In this document: positions 1 through 7,289 of the stretch, piece after piece
How the letters are laid out: each line of letters opens with the position of its first letter
Numbering within the stretch: position 1 is the stretch's first letter
Assembly: GCA_016235455.1 (NCBI GenBank)
Contig: JACRKZ010000160.1
Location: 1-12,463 of the forward strand
Source of the DNA: Armatimonadota bacterium
GTDB lineage: Bacteria; Armatimonadota; UBA10988
Reading direction: 5' to 3'
DNA: 12,463 nt
Notes under the pieces: model-generated
Told to the model about the DNA's origin: nothing
What the model saw: the letters and a program-made list of their open reading frames with translations, nothing else
Databases searched by the model: none
Program-made: the position numbers and the translations under genes

Positions 1-688
1 CCCCCGTCGACAGCGGGGCGGCGCTGATCGTGTCTCTGCCAGCGGTCGGGCGGCGAGTCACCGCCGCCACGCGCAGCCGCAGCGCCAGCGCGCACGCCTC
101 TTGAGAAGCGGCCTCGACACCCAGCTGGCGCAGCTCGGCCCTGAACTCAGCGATCAGGCGCTGCCAGGCGGCAGCGGCTGCATCCATGGCGGCGGCGCGC
201 TGTGCCACAGTCACCAGCTTCAGGGCCGGGTTGCGCCGATGCCAGTTGAGTGAGTTGCCGCCGAGGAGGATCGGCGGCGACGGCGGAAGCAGCTTGCTCC
301 GCAGCAGCACCGGCGCCGCACTGGCCGGTAGGTTGTGCCGTGCGACGGGCGGAAGAGGCGAGGCGTCCAGCTTGCGCGCGACCTCATTCATGCGGGCCTC
401 CGTGGTCTCGCGGCAAGCCAGCCAGGCGGCCATGGCCCCGGGCTGGTCGGCCAGCGGCCGCACCCAGCCGTCGAACCGGACGACGAAGACGGCGAACTCG
501 TACCGCGTCATCGGTTGCATCCCGCGGTAGCGGTCGTCCACGAGCTCTGCGGGCGGGCCGACCAACTGCATCTTCGCGCTGCACTGGTAGGCCCAGTGCG
601 TGAACGGCACGTCGGCGAAGATCCCGGCCCGCGCTTCGGGCGCCAGCCGGAGCAGCAAGGCCACCCACACCACCGTCGTTGGTCGCAC
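1..688 (-). CDS. SLH-domain protein, diverged paralogue of the upstream OmpM-like protein (3' end outside the window; absent from the ORF track)
   Basis: Hand translation from GTG at 688 (SD-like AGGGGA at 695-700) stays open for 229 codons to the window edge: MRPTTVVWVALLLRLAPEARA-GIFADVPFTHWAYQCSAKMQLVGPPAELVDDRYRGMQPMTRYEFAVFVVRFDGW...WQRLIAEFRAELRQLGVE. It shows a signal-peptide-like N-terminus ending in ARA, the SLH motifs FxDVPxxHWA and TRYE, and the OmpM-type EFxxELxxLG motif. Confidence 0.85.
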   Translation of the reverse strand, partial: MRPTTVVWVALLLRLAPEARAGIFADVPFTHWAYQCSAKMQLVGPPAELVDDRYRGMQPMTRYEFAVFVVRFDGWVRPLADQPGAMAAWLACRETTEARMNEVARKLDASPLPPVARHNLPASAAPVLLRSKLLPPSPPILLGGNSLNWHRRNPALKLVTVAQRAAAMDAAAAAWQRLIAEFRAELRQLGVEAASQEACALALRLRVAAVTRRPTAGRDTISAAPLSTG

Positions 689-777
689 GGCGAATCCCCT
701 GAGCCGGCGCGTGGTGAGCCGGTAACGGGTCAGACGATGGGTCGGGCCAGCAGGTTCGCGGGCAGCCCAAATAGGCA

Positions 778-807
778 ACGGCCCGGCCCCCGAAGGGGCC
801 GGGCCGT
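778..807 (-). terminator. Strong stem-loop after the OmpM-like gene (intrinsic-terminator-like or mRNA 3'-stabilising hairpin)
   Basis: Perfect 13-bp stem ACGGCCCGGCCCC/GGGGCCGGGCCGT with a C(UUCG)G tetraloop on the minus strand, 23 nt after the stop at 831. The tail (UGCCUAUUUG) is only weakly U-rich. Confidence 0.75.
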
Positions 808-830
808 ATTCCGTGTCGGATCCCGGAGGA

Positions 831-2879
831 TCAGAAGCGGAAGCCAGCGCTCAGGTTAGCAGCCACGGTGTTGCCACCCAGGGGATGCCCGGGGTCAACA
901 TCGATGAAGCCGAGGCCAACCTTGACGTTGCCGGCACCAGTCTCGACCAGCGGGTACTCGCCGTAGACCATCCAGTTGAACAGGTCAGCACGACGCGTGC
1001 TACCGGCCCAGCGGACGTTCAGCGGGCGATTGCCCAGGTTCCAGGTGAAGTTCACGTCGAAGCCCTGAGTCGGCGCACCCTGAACAGGCTGGGAGACGAA
1101 GCTACCCAGGATGTTCGGTCGGGTGAACAGGCTGTTGGCGGTGCCAAGGGCATTGGCCTGGTAGGGGTTGTTGAAGATCGAGTAGCTAAGGCTCTCGTCT
1201 TCGGCAACCACACCACCAGCGACGCTCAGCTTGAAGGTCGGGGTGTTGAGGACGCCCAGCTTGGCGTAGACCGACTGCGCATTGGCATTCCCGTCGAGGT
1301 TGACGTCGGGATTGGTGCCGTTGGCCTGGCGGTACTGGTTCGTGTACTCAACATCGAGACCCTTGAGCACGTTGACATGGAGGTCGGCGCTGATGGAGAA
1401 CTCGCGAGAGCCGGTTCCATCGTTGAACAACTTCCACGCACCGGCGGCCGGGGCGATGGCGGCATTGTTGTTGGGCAGGTTGCCGACCGACATGATGCCG
1501 ATCTTGACGCCGTCCTTGCCAGCCTTGTCCTTGAGCCAAGGCAGGCTGATGTCGCCACGAGCGATACCGGTCAGGTTGGCCGCATTGGCACCGACCACGC
1601 CGCCAACGAGGGCGGTGGGGTTGGTGTTGTCATCAGCCTGGACCAGGCCAGTGATGGTGACGTGCTTGCCGAGGTTGTACTGACCGCGGATGCCGGTGAG
1701 GGCAGCGCCGGTGTAGTAGCCGGTACCCAGGCCGAGCGCGCACTTGGCTTCGCCGGTCTCATAGTCCTGGCCAGCATACTGCCGACCGAAGATCCAGCGA
1801 CCACCGAGGCCGGGGGTCTTGACCCAGGCTTCGTCGATACCCAGGGAAGCCATACCCGCCTGGCGGGCGCTGGCACCGTGGAACCGGTTGTTGTCGCTGT
1901 CGTACCACAACGTCACGCGAGCGGCCTGGGTGTCGCTGATCGCGAAATCAACACCAACCCGGGCGCTCAACGCCATCGAGGCTTCGCCGGACTCGAACTT
2001 GAGGTCGCCATCGCGGCCACCGGCGGCGTTCGGGGAACCGTCGAAAGCGACGGTCAGACCGAGGTCACCGTAGACCTTGATGCGCTCAAGCGCAGCCAAG
2101 CGGGCTTCGTGATTGTTGACGCGACCTTCGAGAGCCGTCACGCGGCCCTGAAGGGCGGTCAGGTCAGTCTTCATCTTGGCGGTGTCGGCGCCGAGGGCCT
2201 TGAGTTCCTTGTCGAACTCACCCGTCAGCTTCTGCAACGCGGCCACGGCGTCTTCCAACGCCTTGGTGCGCGTCTCGACCTTGCCAACCGAGGTCGCCAC
2301 GGCAGCCGTAGCAGCCTTGGCGTCGGCGATGTCCTTGTCATGCTTGGCGGCGAGGTCGTTGATGGCGGTGGTGTTGCCATCGATCCGCTTGCCGTCAGCC
2401 GCAACCTTGGCGTCCAAGGCATCGATGCGGTCGTTCACCGGCTTGAGATCAACCGGCTTCAGGCCATCGATGCGGCCGTCAAGCCGCTTGACTTCGTCGT
2501 TCAGCTTGGTGCCCAGGCCGTCCACGCGACCACCCACGAGACGCATGTCCGCATCGTGCTTCGTCGCCAAAGCAGTCAGACGGCCATCCAGGTCCTGTTG
2601 GCCCTTCGTGAGACGGTCGATGATCGCCGGATCCACACCGATGGTCTTCTTCATCCAGTCGTAAGCCCGGACCAGCGCCACCGCGAACTCATAACGAGTC
2701 ATCGGCTGCGGGCCGCGGAACTTGCCGTCCGGATAACCCTCGAGAACGCCCACCGAAGCCAGCTTTTCGACCGCCTGATACGCCCAGTGAGTAAACGGGA
2801 CGTCGGCGAACACGCCAGCTTGAGAGCGTCCGGCCACCACGGCCACCAAGGCCGCGATGAGGAGAGCTTTTCGGCTCAT
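831..2879 (-). CDS. OmpM-like major outer-membrane protein: signal peptide + SLH domain + long coiled-coil stalk + C-terminal beta-barrel (682 aa)
   Basis: Start refined to ATG 2879 (SD AGAGGAG at 2888-2894). Signal peptide MSRKALLIAALVAVVAGRSQA; SLH FADVPFTHWAYQAVEKLASVGVLEGYPDGKFRGPQPMTRYEFA; stalk motif LQKLTGEFDKELKALG...RVTALE; barrel-type segments IDEAWVK, WIFGRQ and amphipathic strands; terminal Phe strand ANLSAGFRF typical of BAM substrates. Confidence 0.9.
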   Translation of the reverse strand: MSRKALLIAALVAVVAGRSQAGVFADVPFTHWAYQAVEKLASVGVLEGYPDGKFRGPQPMTRYEFAVALVRAYDWMKKTIGVDPAIIDRLTKGQQDLDGRLTALATKHDADMRLVGGRVDGLGTKLNDEVKRLDGRIDGLKPVDLKPVNDRIDALDAKVAADGKRIDGNTTAINDLAAKHDKDIADAKAATAAVATSVGKVETRTKALEDAVAALQKLTGEFDKELKALGADTAKMKTDLTALQGRVTALEGRVNNHEARLAALERIKVYGDLGLTVAFDGSPNAAGGRDGDLKFESGEASMALSARVGVDFAISDTQAARVTLWYDSDNNRFHGASARQAGMASLGIDEAWVKTPGLGGRWIFGRQYAGQDYETGEAKCALGLGTGYYTGAALTGIRGQYNLGKHVTITGLVQADDNTNPTALVGGVVGANAANLTGIARGDISLPWLKDKAGKDGVKIGIMSVGNLPNNNAAIAPAAGAWKLFNDGTGSREFSISADLHVNVLKGLDVEYTNQYRQANGTNPDVNLDGNANAQSVYAKLGVLNTPTFKLSVAGGVVAEDESLSYSIFNNPYQANALGTANSLFTRPNILGSFVSQPVQGAPTQGFDVNFTWNLGNRPLNVRWAGSTRRADLFNWMVYGEYPLVETGAGNVKVGLGFIDVDPGHPLGGNTVAANLSAGFRF

Positions 2880-3060
2880 TGCTCGCACTCCTCTGTCAGT
2901 CACATTCCTTGGCTGGCCCAGAGTCATCGGCGGTGAGTTTCCTCAGAGTTGCCTCCCCGCGTCCCACTCTCAGCGCCAAGGCGCACGCTACGCATGCCAT
3001 GTAGCAGCCGCTGTGTGACCGGCTTGCGCCCGCCACCATCGACCTGTAGATACACGACAG
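2880..3060 (-). promoter_or_regulatory. Long (~180 nt) structured 5' leader of the OmpM-like mRNA, candidate cis-regulatory RNA
   Basis: Lies between a near-consensus promoter and the SD. Nested inverted repeats at 2899-2904/3014-3019, 2907-2913/2975-2981, 2920-2924/2966-2970 and 2930-2933/2957-2960. GNRA-capped hairpins at 2934-2945 (GAAA), 2946-2955 (GCAA) and 3021-3030 (GCAA). Confidence 0.5.
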
Positions 3061-3064
3061 ACCC

Positions 3065-3093
3065 ATTATAACGACACCCAGAGCGCCCGTCAA
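3065..3093 (-). promoter_or_regulatory. Sigma70-type promoter of the OmpM-like gene
   Basis: TTGACG (3088-3093), 17-nt spacer, TATAAT (3065-3070) on the minus strand. Near consensus and unlikely by chance in this GC-rich DNA. Confidence 0.85.
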
Positions 3094-3124
3094 CGTCAAC
3101 CGGCAGGCTGAAACCATGTGCGGA

Positions 3125-3141
3125 GTCGCTTGGCAAGCGAC
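3125..3141. promoter_or_regulatory. Palindrome upstream of the OmpM-like promoter (candidate operator, or hairpin after rny)
   Basis: GTCGCTTG-G-CAAGCGAC: perfect 8-bp arms with a 1-nt centre, 32-48 bp upstream of the -35 box. Confidence 0.35.
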
Positions 3142-3220
3142 CAGGCGCGTGAGTCGTCTGGGCTAGTTGGACACCGGCGCCACCGGCCGGGTTCCCGGCG
3201 AACCGTCTTTCCACGAGCAT

Positions 3221-4750
3221 TTACCGCGCGTACTCCACGGCACGTTGCTCGCGGATGACGGTCACCTTGATCTGGCCCGGATAGGCCAGGTCCTGTTCGA
3301 TGCGGCCGGCGATCTGCCGCGCCAGATCGCGCGTATCGCGGTCGTCGACCTCGTCGGGCCGAACCAGGATGCGCACCTCGCGCCCGGCCTGGATGGCGTA
3401 GGCGCGGTCCACGCCTTCGAAGCCCTGAGCCAGCTCCTCGAGCCGCTCCAGGCGCCGCACGTAGCTTTCGATTGTGTCCCGTCGAGCCCCTGGCCGAGCC
3501 GCGCTGATAGCGTCGGCGGTGAGCACCAGGACGGCCTCCAGGCTGGCCGGCTCGATGTCGCGGTGGTGCGCGCCGATGGCCAGGCAGACCTCTTCGGACT
3601 CCCCCTGGGCCCGCGCCAGGTCGAGTCCGACCAGGGCGTGCGGACCTTCCAGCTCGGGGTCGGCCGCCTTGCCGATGTCGTGCAGCAGCGCGGCGCGCTT
3701 GGCCAGCGCCACGTTGGCGCCCAGTTCCTCGGCCATGGCGCCGGCCAGGTGGGCGACCTCGATGCAGTGGCGCAGCACGTTCTGGCTGTACGACGTGCGG
3801 AAGCGCAGCTTGCCCAGCAGCGCCAGCAGCACCGGCGACAGCCCGCTCACGCCGGTCTCGAAAACGGCCTCCTCGGCGGCTTCGGCGATGCGTTGCTCAA
3901 GCTCGCGTTGGGCCCGCTCCACGACTTCCTCGATGCGGCCGGGGTGAATGCGCCCATCGGCCACGAGCAGTTCCAGGGCCAACCGCGCCACTTCGCGCCG
4001 CACGGGGTCGAAGGCCGAGATGACGACCGCCTCGGGCGTGTCGTCGATGACCAGATCGACGCCGGTGAGCTGCTCGAAACTGCGGATGTTGCGGCCCTCG
4101 CGGCCGATAATGCGGCCCTTGACCTCGTCGCTGGGCAGCGGCACCACGGAGACCGTGCTCTCGGTGACGTGGTCGACCGCGCAGCGCTCGATGGCCTCGG
4201 TGACGATGATGCGCGCGCGCCGGTCGGCGTCGCGTCGGGCTTCGTCCTCGATGCCGCGCACCAACTGCGTGGCGTCGTGGCGGGCCTCGTCTTCCACGCG
4301 GCGCATGAGCTGGGCGCGCGCTTCGGTCTGGGTCATGGCACTGATGCGTTCCAGCGCCGCGGCCTGCTCGGACTCGCGGCCGGCGATCTCCGCCGCCTGC
4401 CGGTCCAGCGCCTGGCCCCGCTCGCTGAGCACCGACTCGCGGACCCGCAGGTCGTTCTCGCGCCCGTCGAGCTGCTGGTCCTTGTGCTCGATGCGGCTCT
4501 CGATGCGGGTCAGTTCGGCCCGCCGCTCGCGGAACTCGTCCTCCAGGTCGCGGCGACGTTGGTCGGCGTCGGTCTGGGCGGCGAGCAACGCCTCGGCGCG
4601 CTGCCGCTCGAGTTCGGCGCGGTCGGCCCGCAGCCGCTCCTCGCGGTCCCGCACTTCGCCCAGATAGCGGACCTGGGCGCGCATCCCCCAGATGAGTGAC
4701 CCTGCGGCCAGCGCGGCGAAGCCGGCCATGGTCAAGCCATGTGAATCCAT
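3221..4750 (-). CDS. rny: Ribonuclease Y (509 aa)
   Basis: Start refined to ATG 4750 (SD GAGGA at 4757-4761). N-terminal hydrophobic anchor, charged coiled coil, KH domain [13 protein letters not shown]...[13 protein letters not shown] domain [11 protein letters not shown]...[19 protein letters not shown], and C-terminal [12 protein letters not shown]. Confidence 0.97.
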   Translation of the reverse strand: MDSHGLTMAGFAALAAGSLIWGMRAQVRYLGEVRDREERLRADRAELERQRAEALLAAQTDADQRRRDLEDEFRERRAELTRIESRIEHKDQQLDGRENDLRVRESVLSERGQALDRQAAEIAGRESEQAAALERISAMTQTEARAQLMRRVEDEARHDATQLVRGIEDEARRDADRRARIIVTEAIERCAVDHVTESTVSVVPLPSDEVKGRIIGREGRNIRSFEQLTGVDLVIDDTPEAVVISAFDPVRREVARLALELLVADGRIHPGRIEEVVERAQRELEQRIAEAAEEAVFETGVSGLSPVLLALLGKLRFRTSYSQNVLRHCIEVAHLAGAMAEELGANVALAKRAALLHDIGKAADPELEGPHALVGLDLARAQGESEEVCLAIGAHHRDIEPASLEAVLVLTADAISAARPGARRDTIESYVRRLERLEELAQGFEGVDRAYAIQAGREVRILVRPDEVDDRDTRDLARQIAGRIEQDLAYPGQIKVTVIREQRAVEYAR

Positions 4751-4835
4751 CGTATATCCTCGCGCCGCCGGCTGGTACGGCTCAACTCCGCCGGCAATCG
4801 GTTGGCCCTGGTTAGTGGGGCATGATGACGGCGCA

Positions 4836-4864
4836 AGTATAGTCGGCGCGGCGGCGCGGTTCAA
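4836..4864 (-). promoter_or_regulatory. Sigma70-type promoter of rny
   Basis: TTGAAC (4859-4864), 17-nt spacer, TATACT (4836-4841), about 85 nt upstream of the refined start. This also argues against the longer 4945 start. Confidence 0.7.
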
Positions 4865-4985
4865 GCGCGCTGCGCGCGCGGCGTGGGAGGTGGGGCGTGG
4901 CGCGCCGCGCGTGCTGGTCGTGGGCGAACAGCAAGCCGATGCCACGCGGCGGCGGCGTGACGCACCAGCGGCGATGGCCCACGCC

Positions 4986-6098
4986 CTACGGCAGCGGCGG
5001 CAGGGGCACGTTGCGGAACTCCACGGTCTGCACTTCGACCTCGCCGGTGGGCAGATAGACGGTCAGCTCGAGGCGGCTGGGTCGAGCCTGGTCGCCGCGG
5101 TCGCCACGCCGCACCTGGAAGCTGGCGGTCCAGGTGTCGCGCTTGCTGTCGCGGTTGACGCCGACGATGCTGGCCGGGACGACCTGGCCGTCGTTGGTCA
5201 GCAAGCGCAGATCAACCATGCCCTCGCGGCCCGTCGCCGCCTGGAACAGCTCGCTGCCGCCCGCGGGCAGCGCGCCCGACAGTTCCACGGCCAGCGCGGG
5301 CTGGTCGGCGTTGGGCTTGAGCGTCACGTCCATGTCGGCATCGGACTGCAACTGTGCGGCCGGCGTGTCGATCTCGTCGAAGACGAAGCGATGCGCCACC
5401 AGTCGCAGCAGATGCACATCGAAGCACAGCCGCTCGAGCTGGTCCGCGCCGCCCGGAGGCAGCGGCATGCCCTGTTCGAGCAGCCAGGTGCTGGGGTCCT
5501 GACCGTTCTGGTTCCAGCGGATCAGGTGGTCGCGGCCGCGGTGGTCCGGCTGCGCCTCCTCGGTGGCGGTGGTGCGCGGCAGGCTGCAGGCCAGGATGCG
5601 CAGGCCCTCGGCGTCGCTCGGGGTCTGGATGATGATGCGTGGCACCAGCGAGACATCGGTGTGCAGCCCATCGGGTCCCAGCTCGCGCAGCGCGGACTCG
5701 AAGTTGATGCGCACGTTGCTCAACCAGCAGGTCCAGCCCTGCGCCAGGCCACCAAGCGGTCGGCCCAGCGCGGGCATGACCGGCGCCGGCTGCGGCTCGA
5801 TGCCGTACCCGCCGCGCCAGTACCGCCGAACCGTCACGCCATAGGCCCGCTCCAGCTCGGCTCGCGCCGCCGTGGGCGAGGCACCGCGCAGCGCCAGGGC
5901 CACCCGGCGCTCGGCGCGCTGCTTCTCCAGATACGGCACCTGCACGGTACAACCCACCTGCCGGCCGAAGGCCTTGGCCGCCTCGGCCAGGGTCAACTCG
6001 CCCTCCAGCGTGACCCGCGGGCCGACGAAGTCGTCGGCCCCGGCCAGGCCAGCCAGCAAGCCCACGAGCAGCAGCGCCAGCGCGCAAGCCCGGGTCAT
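4986..6098 (-). CDS. Exported hypothetical protein (370 aa) with a possible STN-like N-terminal domain; paralogue of 6095-7240
   Basis: ATG 6098 with SD GGGAGA (6105-6110) and an ATGA overlap with the upstream stop. Signal peptide [21 protein letters not shown]; [22 protein letters not shown]; C-terminus [12 protein letters not shown]. Confidence 0.8.
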   Translation of the reverse strand: MTRACALALLLVGLLAGLAGADDFVGPRVTLEGELTLAEAAKAFGRQVGCTVQVPYLEKQRAERRVALALRGASPTAARAELERAYGVTVRRYWRGGYGIEPQPAPVMPALGRPLGGLAQGWTCWLSNVRINFESALRELGPDGLHTDVSLVPRIIIQTPSDAEGLRILACSLPRTTATEEAQPDHRGRDHLIRWNQNGQDPSTWLLEQGMPLPPGGADQLERLCFDVHLLRLVAHRFVFDEIDTPAAQLQSDADMDVTLKPNADQPALAVELSGALPAGGSELFQAATGREGMVDLRLLTNDGQVVPASIVGVNRDSKRDTWTASFQVRRGDRGDQARPSRLELTVYLPTGEVEVQTVEFRNVPLPPLP

Positions 6099-7240
6099 GG
6101 CAGGTCTCCCAACGTCCGCGGCGGCAGTGGCAGGTCCCGCCAGGCGAGTTCCTCGGCGACGGCGGGTTGGCCGCGGTCGACCACGCATAGCACCATCCGC
6201 GCCGCCTCGGGCGGCTTCTCCTGCCCATGCGGCCAGGCGGCAATGCGCAGGCCGGCGGCCGGGCTGCGCGAGCCACCGGCCGGCTCGCAACTGGTGGCGG
6301 TGAGCATGGGTGTGCCGTCGGCGCCCTGTAGCCGGGCCTCGGCGCAGCGCTGGCGGCCGGCCAGCAACTCGGCCAGTTGGTTGGCGATGGGCGACCGCTT
6401 CACGTCCGGCGGGCGCGGGCCGTCGACCGCGTCGACGGGGCGCGCGGCGACCACGAAGCGCCGATCACGATGCTCCACGGTGTACTGCCAGCCTTCGGCC
6501 GTGACCATCGGCCCGGTGGCGCCCTGGGCCGGCAGGTCCAGGCTCACCACGCGCTCGGTGATCGGCGCGGTGGTCAGCGCCAGGCCCAGTTCGGCCAGCC
6601 TGAGCCCCGCGCCGACGGGCGGCTCGGGCAGGCGCAGCGTGAGCTGCAGGTACCCTTCATTGATGGACATGGCGAGTTGCTGTTCGCCGACGGCAACCGT
6701 CGTGCCATCGGAGTAGCGCAACGGCCGTGGCTGGGCATCCACCAGGCCGAGGATGGCCTGGTCGTCGGGCGGCAGCAGCAGCCATTCGACGCTCAGAGCG
6801 CGTTCGATGTGTGGCGGCTCGGCGCTGCCCGGCTGCACATCGGCGCGGTAGGTATAGGACACCGAGCGCAGGCGCACCAACCAGTCGCCCAGCTGCCGTT
6901 CGTCGAGCCGGCGGTCGCCGCGGTTGCCCTGCTGCAGCCAGTAGGACCAGTGGTCGCCGCGCTGGAGCTGTCGTTCACCCACGCGCGACAGCTCGGCCAG
7001 CACATCGCGCGGAAAAGCGCGGTCGAAGCGCAGCGTGAGCGGCTTCTTGAGCCACGGGTCCTCGGACCAGGTGGCATAGAGGCGCCGGTTGAGGCGTGCG
7101 CTGAGCTCGTCGATGACCTGCCGCGCCGGCACCTGGTCGGCGACGTAACTGATGCGGCGCGGCGAATCGGCGGCACCAGCCGCGGCCACCACCAACAGGA
7201 CCCCTGCCATGCGCGTCAACCAGCCCATACGCCTCGCCAT
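6095..7240 (-). CDS. Exported hypothetical protein (~381 aa) with a possible STN-like N-terminal domain; paralogue of 4986-6098
   Basis: Start is one of ATG 7240, 7228 or 7210 (the ORF-track extension to 7612 overlaps rbsK). Signal peptide ...RMAGVLLVVAAAGAA; RISYVADQVPARQVIDELSARLN; C-terminus LAWRDLPLPP. Confidence 0.8.
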   Translation of the reverse strand: MARRMGWLTRMAGVLLVVAAAGAADSPRRISYVADQVPARQVIDELSARLNRRLYATWSEDPWLKKPLTLRFDRAFPRDVLAELSRVGERQLQRGDHWSYWLQQGNRGDRRLDERQLGDWLVRLRSVSYTYRADVQPGSAEPPHIERALSVEWLLLPPDDQAILGLVDAQPRPLRYSDGTTVAVGEQQLAMSINEGYLQLTLRLPEPPVGAGLRLAELGLALTTAPITERVVSLDLPAQGATGPMVTAEGWQYTVEHRDRRFVVAARPVDAVDGPRPPDVKRSPIANQLAELLAGRQRCAEARLQGADGTPMLTATSCEPAGGSRSPAAGLRIAAWPHGQEKPPEAARMVLCVVDRGQPAVAEELAWRDLPLPPRTLGDLP

Positions 7241-7255
7241 CCAACGTTCATCGTG

Positions 7256-7286
7256 ACGACGAAACCCGCGCTGGCGGTTCCGTCGT
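7256..7286 (-). terminator. Stem-loop immediately after rbsK, without U-tail (stabiliser or attenuating hairpin)
   Basis: Minus strand ACGACG-GAACC-GC-CAGC-GC-G-GGUUU-CGUCGU: about 13 bp with one G-U pair and one bulge, starting 3 nt after the rbsK stop. Confidence 0.45.
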
Positions 7287-7289
7287 GCC

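Noticed and set aside
186-859. ORF-track ORFs 186-530, 250-603, 335-859 (+) and 384-770 (-)
   Set aside because: All overlap the SLH-paralogue frame (<1-688, minus), which has clear homology and an SD. The others are Arg/Gly/Pro-rich shadow frames.
584-2810. SLH repeat pair (584-619 and 2775-2810) as a DGR template/variable repeat or recombination cassette
   Set aside because: Differences are synonymous third-position changes rather than adenine-specific. DNA identity is short and interrupted, and no reverse transcriptase or recombinase is present.
813-2936. 707-aa plus-strand ORF antisense to the OmpM-like gene
   Set aside because: Codon-aligned shadow of a real gene in GC-rich DNA. No recognisable motifs, while the minus strand has signal peptide, SLH, promoter and SD.
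2957-2972. Minus-strand GAGAGUGGGACGC resembles part of the c-di-GMP-I riboswitch (GAAAGAGUGGGACGCAAAG)
   Set aside because: The upstream GGCAAACC, the GAAA-capped stem at that position and the following AAAG are absent. The AGAGU also pairs with a downstream partner here.
2880-3220. 6S RNA, considered because of the ~180-nt size and proximity to rny
   Set aside because: The predicted fold is branched and runs straight into an SD with no terminator, unlike a rod with a central bubble. The region upstream of rny shows no such rod either.
2896-3220. Small ORFs 2896-3117 and 2924-3220 as leader peptides
   Set aside because: Both start upstream of and run through the consensus promoter, with no convincing SD or coding-like composition.
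4865-4985. GC-rich inverted repeats after the 4986 stop
   Set aside because: Short imperfect stems in extremely GC-rich sequence with no U-tract, not distinguishable from chance by eye.
3167-6716. Long plus-strand ORFs 3167-4699 and 4692-6716
   Set aside because: Antisense shadows of rny and the exported proteins, with no motifs.
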